Below, piece after piece: positions 38,677-49,914 of a stretch of DNA of 64,000 bases (its first letter is position 1; every line of letters begins with the position of its first letter). The stretch is taken from the NCBI RefSeq assembly GCF_036321535.1, contig NC_087437.1:96164001-96228000 (forward strand). The letters are read 5' to 3'. This DNA comes from Camelus dromedarius (taxonomy: Eukaryota). The position numbers and the translations under genes were made by a program. Under the pieces are notes generated by a model that saw only the letters and a list, made by a program, of their open reading frames with translations, had not been told where the DNA came from and made no database searches.

Positions 38677-40707
38677 AAAGTATTACTACTGAGATTGTGT
38701 GATACATCTGTGTGTGTATGTGTATAAACATATTTTGATTGCAGATACTGTTTTGAAAAAGTCTGAGTTTTATATTTTTTAACAGTTGGATTTTTTAAGA
38801 AGTGCTAAGAAGTTATGTATTGAATAAACCATAAAAGTGTTTCAAAGAAGGTAAGAAATTTAATCAAATAACTCAGGAATGTCCAATTTTCTTTATTACT
38901 GTGATTATTTTAAATTGGTTTCATCACTCTGCACAAATTAAGAAAATCTTATAATACAATATGATTTGATATCCATAGGGTAGTTTGATTTTAAATTTGA
39001 GCTTTTGGAAACGTACCTATGATTATAAGAATAAAATGAACTCTAATATTAAAATCAATTTGACTAAGCTAAAAAGGAAAAAAAAAATCACTACACTGTT
39101 ACCTCCTAAAGAATGCTTTCTATTACCAATTTAAGTAATTTTGTATTCAAATGTAGATGAAGTAGTTAACATAATTCATAGATATATATAAATGTCACTC
39201 AGGAGATTAATGGATTCAAAAAAGCAGTAAGCACTACTGTGAATCATGTTCTGCTTACAATTACTCAAAAGATAACTTTTAAAACTCAGTGGTAATCAAC
39301 ATGTACAGAATATTTACTGAAGAATTCACAGGTCTTATATCATCCATGACTTACAGTATATAGATTTTTTTTAAAGTACATATATATTGCTTGAGACTTT
39401 ACGTACCTTGAATGAAGTAAGCTTAGGATAAATTATTTTTCTGATTATTCAGTACTACTGTGGGACTCATCATAAATAAATGACATATAAGGTTATTCCA
39501 AATTCCCCTATGTTATTAAGCCAGTTTAAATTCATAACAGATGTTTAAAATTTTCTGGATTCTATAATCTAGCTAATTCTGCCAATAGGTAAGAAGAGCA
39601 AATGACTCATTTTGGAGGTAAGAGAGAGCATTGACATTTTCAGACTAAAAGGGTTCCATCTCTGAGGAAAAGTCATTTAGTAAATGTTACCCTAATGATG
39701 TAAAAGAATTAACTCTTTATGGCCTTGATGACTGGTAGCCTGTGACATATCGTAATACACTATAATCCTTTACTAAGAACCTGAGGTTAAAAAAATTCAT
39801 AAAAACAAATGGCATATCATTAATATGAAAAAATTAAGAAAATAAGGTTATGGCATCAATTAGAAGTGTGTAGATAAAGTCATCAAAGTCATAAAAAATG
39901 TAAATGTTATGGTTGGAAGTTAGAATGTCTACTAGAACCTCCTCATTTTAGAGATGAAGATTCTTGGGCTTAGAGAAAAATGAATATCACTGATATTCGT
40001 TATAATAGGTGTGTATTTCTTTCCAATAAAATATGTTTTTCCTCACATGTACTGTGCAATACTGACTCATAGATTATTAGTTTAGCTGATGTATCTTGAA
40101 TATATACTAAAATTTTACAGCATAAAAGAATTATCAACATGAATGATGGGGTATTTTTGGAAATTAAAAGTAAAGAATAACATCCTATATTAACATTCTT
40201 GTTACTCTAAATAATATCATTCAACAGATAAGAAATCTTATTATATTATATTTTGGAAAGATGGTCCAAAAATAGGAAGTCACATCACTAGAATCCTAAT
40301 ATTATGAAAAAATCTCCAAAATCATTTGCATTTTAGTTGAATTTATCTTTTCTATCCATGCCATGAAGCTGACTTTCCTATATGAATTTTTTATTATGAA
40401 GTTCTCTTGACTTCTAAGTAGGGTTCAAGGCAGATCAAACTTATCTGCTCTTCAATGAGTAGTATTTAGTAAAATGGCACTATTTTTCAGTAAATACATC
40501 CTTGTACAATTAGGACATAAGGAGTGATGATGAACTTTATCCCCCTCCCCCAAAGTATGATTTCATTAGGATAAACCGTTACTGTCATTTGAAAGATAAA
40601 TGTCTGACAGTGAGTTGTGATCCAGTATTTCTTCACAGTTGTTAGGAAGAACACAGGTCGTATGCTGGTGACAAACAAATATTTCTCCTTACTGTGACGA
40701 AACCAAC

Positions 40708-40833
40708 CTGAGAGACTGCCACTCCTCTCTGAGCTGTTGTGAGAGCTGGTGGTGCTGAAATCCTGTGACTGGTTGTGTGGCATTCTATTAGACAATCCCT
40801 CAGCCAATCGGTAGTCAGGGATGTAAAGTAAGG
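40708..40833 (-). CDS. ROBO2: ROBO2 alternative cassette exon (126 nt): ALLYIPDYRLAEGLSNRMPHNQSQDFSTTSSHNSSERSGSLS
   Basis: Acceptor cccttag|CC, donor CAG|gttggt; 42 codons, phase 1 to 1; peptide resembles long Robo2 isoforms as I recall them. Confidence 0.9.
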
Positions 40834-41231
40834 CTAAGGGTTAAAGGGCAGAGGTCATAGTGGCATCATGTGATTAGTTCACAGCACAAGCCCATGCAGA
40901 ACATGCAGTTAGCAACTCAGAAGCAGATGTCGTAGGACAGTGGAGGAATGTTTTGTCTATCCTGCCTAATGGAAGTCGAGATGGATTACTGATCACTATT
41001 GAAGAAAGAGCTAGAAGGATGAAACCGATTGGTGTTGGTGTGTGGTGATAGCGACAGTGGTGGTGGTGGTGGTGGTAGGGACTGTGCAAGGTACTGAATA
41101 CATGCTGGTATAGTTTTTTAGTTTAGGTAGTGAACCTGGTAATGAGTCACTAAACTGAACAACAAATACTAATTTCTATCTCATGCACAAATGATATGAA
41201 AATAACTTCAGGAAGTAAGGATCTGACTTAC

Positions 41232-41513
41232 CGTTGTTACCTTTGTTCTGATCAGGCAAAGAATAACCAAATCCCATCAGATCTGTTTTTTGCTGAATCG
41301 AGCTTTTCCACTGTGGATCAGGCAGATCAACAGCCAGTTCGTGTATGCTATTGGAATGCAATATCTGTGTCGTGGCGTAAGGAGTAGCCTGTGTTATTTG
41401 GCTGGAACTGTTGTAAGTGGTTTTGGTTGTGAAGTCAATGCTGCTATAAATGGCTCCGTCTGAGAGCATCGTTGCCGTTTTATCCCCTTGGCCCGGAACT
41501 GGTGGCAGCACAT
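41232..41513 (-). CDS. ROBO2: ROBO2 exon (282 nt) with CC0 (GAIYSSID) and CC1 (TPYATTQIL) motifs
   Basis: Acceptor ccacag|AT, donor ACG|gtaagt; ORF 41176..41565; phase 1 to 1. Confidence 0.98.
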
Positions 41514-43277
41514 CTGTGGTGAACAGAGGGAAATGGAACAATTTAATGATGCACAGGAAGCACAAAACTCTCAGGACTGAAGATGAAAAATAAATGTGTC
41601 ATGTCGCGCATTTGCATTTCAGCGGAGATGGGCTTCATGAGCCAATGAAGGGAAGATGATGTACAACCATTGCCAAGCTATCAGCCTCGGTGACAGGCAG
41701 GCCTGCGGCTCGTCCTTCATGTCTCACGGCTTAAAACACCTCTTCTCCCATCTTCTTCAACCACGAATGAGATGTTTGGTATCTTTCGCTACTAAAAACT
41801 GCTTTCAGTTGTTCATTCTGTTTTAGAATCTATGAAATTGTTAGCTCTTTACAGAAACAATGACAAGAGGGAATCTACAAATCACGGATGAAAAAATCTT
41901 TTTCCACTTTATCCCAAGAGACGTGGAGTATACCAGCTAAACGGATGCAAACATTTGCAAAATTACACTATCCAAACTATGAGGTACTTTTTTTCTGAAG
42001 TTTCAACTTGTTGTTTATCTGAGTTAATTTCACAGCTCCAGAAATGGAGTGTAACTGATGGTAGTAGCACTTTTTTTCCCCTTGGATAACAAAGGAAAAT
42101 TTTCATGAATAAGTCATTTCCACAATACAGCAGGATTTAACTACAGAAAAAGCAATCTGAGTGATCAGTGCATTTAATTTATGCTACCAAATCTTAGAAG
42201 GGGAGAATTATAGTTTCAAGTTATAATACAGCAAGAGTAAAATTAAACTTTAGGAACAACACTGAATATCAATCAGTCCATTTATCACTTTGGTGTGCTG
42301 AATTATCGTTACAGGATGCTTTTAAATTCAGAACTGCCACCTCTCTCCTGAGCACTTTCCTTTTCAGAAGAAAGCTACTAGAATAAAAAAAAAAAAACCC
42401 ACTAAATAGTATCATTTTATATGTAGAGTTAAGGTGAATCTAATTATAGAATGCTCCTTAATGATCTATGTTCTGAAAGCCACTCTTCACAGGACATGAG
42501 GTCATCAATCCACTTGATTTCTTCATTATGGAAAACAGTCAACTAGTTATCGTACAGTAATAAGAAACCAAATTATCTCAGTACCAAACTAGCTTATCCT
42601 CACAAGGAGAAAGTTGAAGTAGTCAAAATATCCTAAAATGTTTAGATTCCATGATATCCAACAAAACTTGAAATAAGGACTCTTGTAAAATATTAATTTT
42701 GCTTCTGCATTTTACAAAAGCTAAAAATTATCTTCTCAGCAACATTTATTGTGCAAAGGAAATGAAATAAGATGTATACAAAATCCTAACTCTCTTTGGT
42801 ACATAGTAAGTGCTTAAAAAGCCTATCACACTGAGAAGAGATTAAGAAGCTTGCAAAAACTTTCTTGATATTCACCTGGGAAATATTTTCATGGCATGAA
42901 AATGAGGTGGAAATGGAAAGTTTAAAAATCTACAAATGTACTCTTTGGCTAAATTAGACTGAGACATTTTAGATGTTAATGTACCTGCTAGAAACTGAAA
43001 ACAAACAAACAAACAAAAACAAAACACTTTCTCCATCTTTGAGCATTTATTTCTTGATATAAATATAGTATGGCATGTTATTTCAATACAAGTAAAACAG
43101 GTAGCTATTCACAATAGTTTTATAATAAGATATTTACCAAATGTACAGCATTATGAATACATGTGCTTAACTCAATTTAACTATGGAAGGCAGTACTCTT
43201 TATTAGCATGTACTTTTCAAAACATCTAGGAAAGCCAAGAAAACAAAAATAACAAAATTTTGAAAAACATAACTTAC

Positions 43278-43405
43278 CTCCACGCCCAAAATTCCCAATC
43301 TCATTTGGGCCACTATTGCTATTGTTTACGGGCAAGCTCGTGGCTGGCCACGAATCAGCAAGCCATGGATAACTGGGATCTCCAGCATTTAGAAGACCTG
43401 GGCGG
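43278..43405 (-). CDS. ROBO2: ROBO2 exon (128 nt): RPGLLNAGDPSYPWLADSWPATSLPVNNSNSGPNEIGNFGRG
   Basis: Acceptor ttgtag|C, donor GAG|gtaagt; Robo-family PWLADSW motif; phase 2 to 1. Confidence 0.97.
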
Positions 43406-44844
43406 CTACAACAGGAATGAAAAGGAAATCAGTCCAAGGAACTGAATGAGAGATTTGGATATCTGTCTCATGAACTAAAATGTACTACAGAATTTAAGAT
43501 TTTAATTCACCTTTAAACTATGTAAGTTCTCAAGAATTAAGGAACTTTAGCAGTTCACCAAGGCTATATATATACAAATCAACTCTGTCAGTGGAAGCAG
43601 AACAGTCCTGTCTGGGATTCTGCTGACGTCTAAATGCAGTCAGTTGTCTTCCCTGAAACTGGTGGGAACTGGTTACAAGGCAGTCATCTCGATCCAAGGT
43701 CTGGTGAAAAATTGGCACCTCAAGGGAACAACTGCTCAGAGTGATTGCTCCATATCAGCCATTTCCAGGACTTTGGGCTATTGCTTCCTCAATTCCTGCA
43801 GTTCCCATATTTATCTGTCCCCTATAGGCTGTAACCCCTGTTATGAGCCCTCATGCTTGGTTTAGAGGCAAGGAACTTGAGGGAGATTAATAAGCAGTAT
43901 TTATACTGTTCCATCAATAGCACATTTCCAAGTTCTCTAAATTTAAAGTTTTAGGAGTATATTAAAGTTTTTTCCTAAGGTAATAGAAGATCTATTGTGA
44001 TCTGATCCAGCATGTGCATACAGTCTATGAAAAAGACTCCCTTTACATTGTATTTAATAAAGAAATCCCATCTTTAATATAAAAGATGGGATTCTGATCA
44101 CCTTCCAGGACATTATCATATTTACAAAGATACAGCAACATCTATAATCATTGTACTTTTTTTTGATAGACCTTTTCTGATACAATCCCTAAGAGAAACA
44201 TGTGTTTCTATGGAAACTGCAATAAGAAGATCCAAATGCTTTCTTGCTACCTCAACTAGCTCTCATTAGACCTAATCTCTTTTCGCTAAAATATTGATTA
44301 ACTGGGAGATTGGAAGTTATTACCAGAGCCTAATTACAATCTCCATATCAGCAAAGGGAAAATAGATGAGGATATATGGGTTTGTTATCAGCTTTTATCA
44401 ATTTCAATTGAGTATCCAAAGTTGTGGAATCCAGTCCTATCAATCTACAGCCTATTCATCATCCATGAATCATTTACTTTGTGATCGATTATGTGTAATT
44501 GTTCACTCACAGCAATTTAGTGAGAGCCAATAAGGAGTCTTAAACAACAGCAACTTCATTTGCTAATGTCTAATTAATGCAATAAACATCTTGCTAACAA
44601 ATGAACATATTCCTTGTGATATTTACTACTAATTTCTTCTGGGGCATCTGGGAGATATGAAACATCTGGACTTGATTACTCTAAAGTGTACAACAGATAG
44701 ATCATTAAACCTTGTGGTAAGCCATTTAATTCCTCCTAGATTTCTCAGACTTATAAGTGATTGTTTATTACAATAATAGCCTCTTCTTACAGAGTTTTCT
44801 CAGTTCTGACTAAAAATAATAATAAAAAAATCTCCATAGTATAC

Positions 44845-44887
44845 CTTCCATTGCTCATTAGTCCTCCATCTCCTCTTTGAAATGTAA
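44845..44887 (-). CDS. ROBO2: ROBO2 small exon (43 nt): VTFQRGDGGLMSNGS
   Basis: Acceptor after poly-T tract ttaacag|TT, donor AAG|gtatac; phase 1 to 2. Confidence 0.96.
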
Positions 44888-45711
44888 CTGTTAAGAAAAA
44901 AAAAAAAAGACACACACAAGTAGTCAATATTAATTACAATTTATAACAACCACATTTTGGCCCTTAGTTTAGAGCTAAAGCCTCTGGGAATTTTAACAAA
45001 ATATAATTAACATAATTGTACAGAGAGTAAGAAGCAGTGGATTGGCCTAGGGCAAAGCCACCATGTGCTCCAACTTTAATAAGACATTTAAAAATTCTTC
45101 AAGCCAAACATATGGTTAAGTCAAAGGGGCAATTCTTATTTGAGTGTCAACTGCTACATACTGGAAGACTGACATGCATTAATGAGGAATTATCAAATCA
45201 TGACTTTTAATGTTATTATATAGGTGTCCTAATTAGAGGGTGTAACACAAAACTCACAAAATAGAAACTGAAACAGGGTAGTTCAAACAGGTTATATCAT
45301 CCTTCCAATGAAACAACTGAAATGGGTTCTAATTGACAACATATTCATCTCCATCACAGGTCCTTTTAGGGACACTAATAAGCACTACAAGTTGAAATAC
45401 TACAATTACAATAGATACGAACTGTAATTAATAGAGAATACGTAACGTATTCAGTGCTTTGTTTCATCATCCAACCCTCACAAGAATGATACTTTCAAAT
45501 ATAGTTGATACTGAATATATTCATAGTGTATGTTATGACTACAAAACTTAAGCCCTTCATAAACCTGTGGAACTTATTAGCAACAGCACCAAGCAAAGCC
45601 AGAGCTGGAGAACCCCGTCCCTCTGGTCACTAGATTCCAGTGTACAGAGCTAACAGCACGGCAGTGGGTTTCAAGGATTGGTCAAAGAAAGTAAAGATCA
45701 GTCAGGGTTCA

Positions 45712-45978
45712 TTAACCCTTATCCAGATTTATTTGGAATTCAGAATGCTTCGGATCTGAGATAGGTAATATGATGCATATTGCAGAGAGGGTCTGAGGTA
45801 GAAACTGTATTCAAAATTATTATTTCTGGAGTGAGATGTGAATATTCATGATTAGTGGGACAAAGTCTATAAATAACTTCACATTATTTTGGATCAAATT
45901 TTGCCACTAAATTATTTCACTAGAGAATCATGGGGAAAAAATTTGGTGTTTAGAAGCTGATGGATTGCAGAACTGTGA
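45712..45978. mobile_element. TcMar-Tigger fragment (MER46C-like)
   Basis: CCCTTATCC...TTCGGAT, GTGGGACAAAGTCTATAAATAACTTCAC and ATCAAATTTTGCCACTAAAT resemble MER46 as recalled. Confidence 0.5.
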
Positions 45979-47121
45979 TTCTGACCAAAATTAATATGGA
46001 TCAGCTAAGCCAATCCCTGGGAATGAAAGAAAAAGTACTATTTCACAGCTGTGAATCCAACATATCCTATCTTTGGAAGATACTGATTATATTTACTATG
46101 ATTACTTAGTAAAAAGTAAAAATAAAACAAAAGCTTATGAATTGATTCATATTTTTAATGAACTGAGGTCATACTGTTACTTAAAGTATACAGAGTACTT
46201 TTTAAATTGGATGAAATTTAAATTTCTAAATGCAGTTCCTCAGTTCCTTCCCTAAGGTCATCTGAGGACATCTCTCTTATGACACTGTAATTACACAATA
46301 TGATCATAATTCAAGTGTCTATTAGGAATTCATGAGGCAGTGCTTTCAGAAACATCTTGCTGGCACCTAAAGTACACTGCCTTATCAATTTTTTAAGTAA
46401 TTTCTCAAGTGAATTATAAAACAGTCCTGCCATAACCTTCACACCTACCCAGGACTGGTTATGGACAGCTCTTTGGAGAAATCAAAAGAATAATGATCAC
46501 TAATCTGCTTCCTGACCAACTCACTGAAGTGCTGGGAATCAAGAATCAGCAGTGTGCCCACACCAACTTGGGTCCCTTTAATAACTCCTTTTGACAATAA
46601 TAACAATAACAAATTGATCTGAAACAATTATTTTAAAAAAACTGAGCACTGGTGGTATTAAATAAAGGTCTGATTTGGAGGAACAAAAATACAAAAATGT
46701 GAAAATAGTATAGCTAATTAACTTTCCATCTTATGTGACTTTCTAGTTATGTGTTTTTTTTTAATGGATTATCACGTGATTGTTTTAGTCTGCTAAAAGA
46801 GAGCTAAGATAATGTGAGTATCACTGCAAATATGCAAATAAGCAGGCACTGATTGGCTACACCTCCAAATGTGCAGTTTAGGAGATAAGTGGGCAGCAGC
46901 TAAGCATTTCTCCCTGTATCAGATGCTCTTTTTGCCTCACCAAATTTTCTGTTACTGTCAAAGCAATAAATAATTTTAGAGAAAAAGAGGACAACTGAAG
47001 CACAGACACAGAAATTAAGTTGTATTTAGCTTTTCTGTACTGACCAATTGTAAATTTTTCATAAACTGTAAATTTTAAAGTATTACGATGCAACACTCAA
47101 AATCTTACCCAAAAGGTATCA

Positions 47122-47925
47122 TTCAGATGGCTAATAAGAATGTGAAAAGGTGCTTAACATCAGTAATCTTTAGGGAAATGCAAATCAAAACTACAGTGAG
47201 ATGCCACCTCACAACTCTGAGGTTGGCTACTTACAATAAAAGAAACATAAAATAAGCATTAGTGAGAATGTGGAGAAATTGAAATTCTTGTGCACTGTTG
47301 GTGGAATGTAAAATAGTGCAGCCATAGTGGAAAACAGTATGTTGGCTCTCAAAAAATTAAAAATAGAATTGCCATAAGATCTAGTAACACTACTTCTGGG
47401 TATATACCCAAAGGAATTGAAAGCAGGATCTTGAAGAGATATTTGTACACCAATGTTCATAGTAACATTGTTCATAGTAGCTAAAATGTAGAAGCAAACC
47501 AGGCATCCATTGATGGATGAATAGATAAGCAAAGTGCAGAATACAGATAACAATGGAATATTATTCAGCCTTAAAAAGTTAAGGGAATCTGACATATGCT
47601 AAAACTTGGATGTACCTTGAGCACTTTATGCTAAATGAAATAAGCAAATCACAAGAATATTGTATGAGTTCACTTATATGAAGCACTCAGAGTAGTCAAA
47701 ATCATAGAGACAGAAAGTAGACTGCAGGTTCTGAGGGGCTGGGAGAAGCGGGGAGTGGGGAATTACTGTTTACTGGGTTCAGTTTTTGAAGATGAAAACA
47801 TTTATGGAGATGGGTGGTGGTGATGTTTGCACAACATTGTGAATGTATTCAAGGCCACTGAACTTGTACACTTAAAAATGGTCAAGATAGCAAATTTTAT
47901 GTAATGTAACAACTTGGAAAAAAAA
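47122..47925 (+). mobile_element. L1 3' end (L1MA/L1MB-like)
   Basis: ORF2 C-terminal motifs GGAAATGCAAATCAAAACTACAGTGAGAT, GTTGGTGGAATGTAAAATAGTGCAGCC and 3' UTR GCCACTGAACTTGTACACTTAAAAATGG. Confidence 0.9.
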
Positions 47926-49854
47926 TCATTCATCAAGGTTAATTTGCAGATGTGTGAAGAGTATATACTCTGACATGGTCCATATTTACCAATTGAGAAT
48001 TAAACGTTGTGAATAAAAGAATTTTACATTTTAAAACATTTAAGAAACATCCATTTTCTATTTGTATTCCAAATCATAAAAATATTTTCAAATGGTTCTA
48101 GAGTGCTAACAGATTGTCAAAATGTTACAAAAAAGGTATTTATCTTTGTATCTCTGCATATCAACCATACAAAGGCAAAAATATGGAGTTGTTATGTAAG
48201 TACATAATTGACTTAAAATGGCCCATAGACACACTTTGATATATATGGTAATTTTCAATTGTGTATGTTTCTATCAGGAGGAAAAAAATAAAAACAGCAA
48301 AAAGCCCAATACTTTTACATAATAAGGTTGATTTAGTTGTCTTTTAAAGCAAGGGGAAAAAAAGAGGACTCTTTTTCAAGTTTCCTTTTCTCCTCATGCT
48401 CCAAAACTTTCAGATTTATTCCATTCTGAAAAGTACAACAAAAATAACTGAGTTGTATTAGGCTATGAGATTAAAAGCAGACTAGAAATAAGGATAAGCA
48501 ATAAGAATGCCTAAAATAGATGTCACATTTGGTGTTTTGATCAGCATTTTTGTGTGTGTGCACAGAGAGTGAAAAACATAAAAATAAATGCCCCAGCAAC
48601 TTGGAAGCTGTTTTAAAGTAGCTCTCATTTGAGATGCTGAACTACCTTAAAGCTGAAAGCAAGAGGATGGGAGGGAGGTGCTTGGACAATCTTGCTCTGG
48701 TCACAGTTTTGATAATCATAATGTAGTAAACTTTGTGCTTAGCAGAATGAAATTTGAAAAAAATGGGAATCTTTACCAGGGATTTCTGCTAGCATCTAAA
48801 ATTAAGAACCAACTAGTGCTAAAATTTCCAAAAAGCTCTACAGACACCATCTTAAATGTTTTAGAACTGCATTAAATATTTTGAATTTATTGCAATATTT
48901 ATGAAAAACGTAAGGTAAAGAGATTTTGCAAGTTCATATCATACACAAAGTACCTCTAAAATTATCTGACAGGATTAATCCTAATCTCATGCCTGCTAGA
49001 ATTGAGGGGGAAGAGAAACATAACTATGTGGTAAATTGACATTTTGAGGTAAGGAAGCTTTCAGAGTGCCTATCTCTAGTAAGCCACATTTTCCTACTCC
49101 AAATGGAAACTTTAATGTTGCCAGCCAAGCCTCATTCCCTTTCCTGATAAGCTATTTCTCAAATATGAATGTAGATTAATCCTCTTTTAATACGCATTAA
49201 CTCAAGCCTAGATAATCAGAGTATAAAAATTCCATCAAATCTTTTAGTTGTCTTAGGGTAGTTTTGTCAAATAATTTCACCAATGGTTTAAAACGCATGC
49301 AATGAAGTGTTTGGTATCTCGTAATTTGCTCACTCGTTAAATTATTTATATTTACTGAGTTGAATGATATCTGTTATCCTCAGAAGCAATATTCATAAAA
49401 TAGAAGTCATCCCTTTAAAAGTGAAAATATGTTTACTTTCATTAAAAAGATGATGACTTAAAAAATTATGAACAGAAATACGAACAGCATGAGTTTGAAG
49501 AGTCATGTGACCTTCGAGAAGATTATAACACAATCTACAGACTCCTCATGAAAGCTGCATGGCTTTTATTCAAACATGTTGCTCATTTTTCTATTCACAA
49601 ACACTGTTACACATATGATGAAACATTCACTCTCCATTCAAAAATCACCTAGTATTTCCTGTATCTTCTGCCCAAATGCCTTTGCAATTCTGTTTCACCC
49701 TTTAACTACTCAGGTAGTGAATTCTGGCAGTCAGGAACCCCAAATAGTGACAAACAGACTGTTAGTGCTCAGTGAGGATTAAAATAAATAACATTGCATG
49801 TTGCTCTGGAAAAGGATAAAATGATTTCACGTAGAATATGAGCTATAAGGATAC

Positions 49855-49914
49855 CTTTCTCGTCCCAGCTGCCCTTCTCTGAGCCACGTGCAAACTTGTG
49901 GTGCGTGTTTGTGT
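49855..49914 (-). CDS. Candidate unannotated ROBO2 cassette exon (60 nt): DTNTHHKFARGSEKGSWDEK
   Basis: CACTAAC branch point (49961-49967), AG-free pyrimidine tract, ttcag| acceptor, AAG|gtatcc donor; 60 nt, phase 1 to 1, no stop. No transcript evidence available. Confidence 0.45.

Noticed and set aside
40874..41089. ORF with a poly-His run (MHSPYHHHHHH...)
   Set aside because: It is a translation of the (CCA)n repeat in a short intron, better explained as a YCAY cluster; no splice support.
42985..42994. Possible 10-nt or 3-nt microexon (ttcag|TTTCTAGCAG|gtacat)
   Set aside because: The pyrimidine tract is a (GTTT)n simple repeat, the donor is weak, and the 10-nt form would frameshift.
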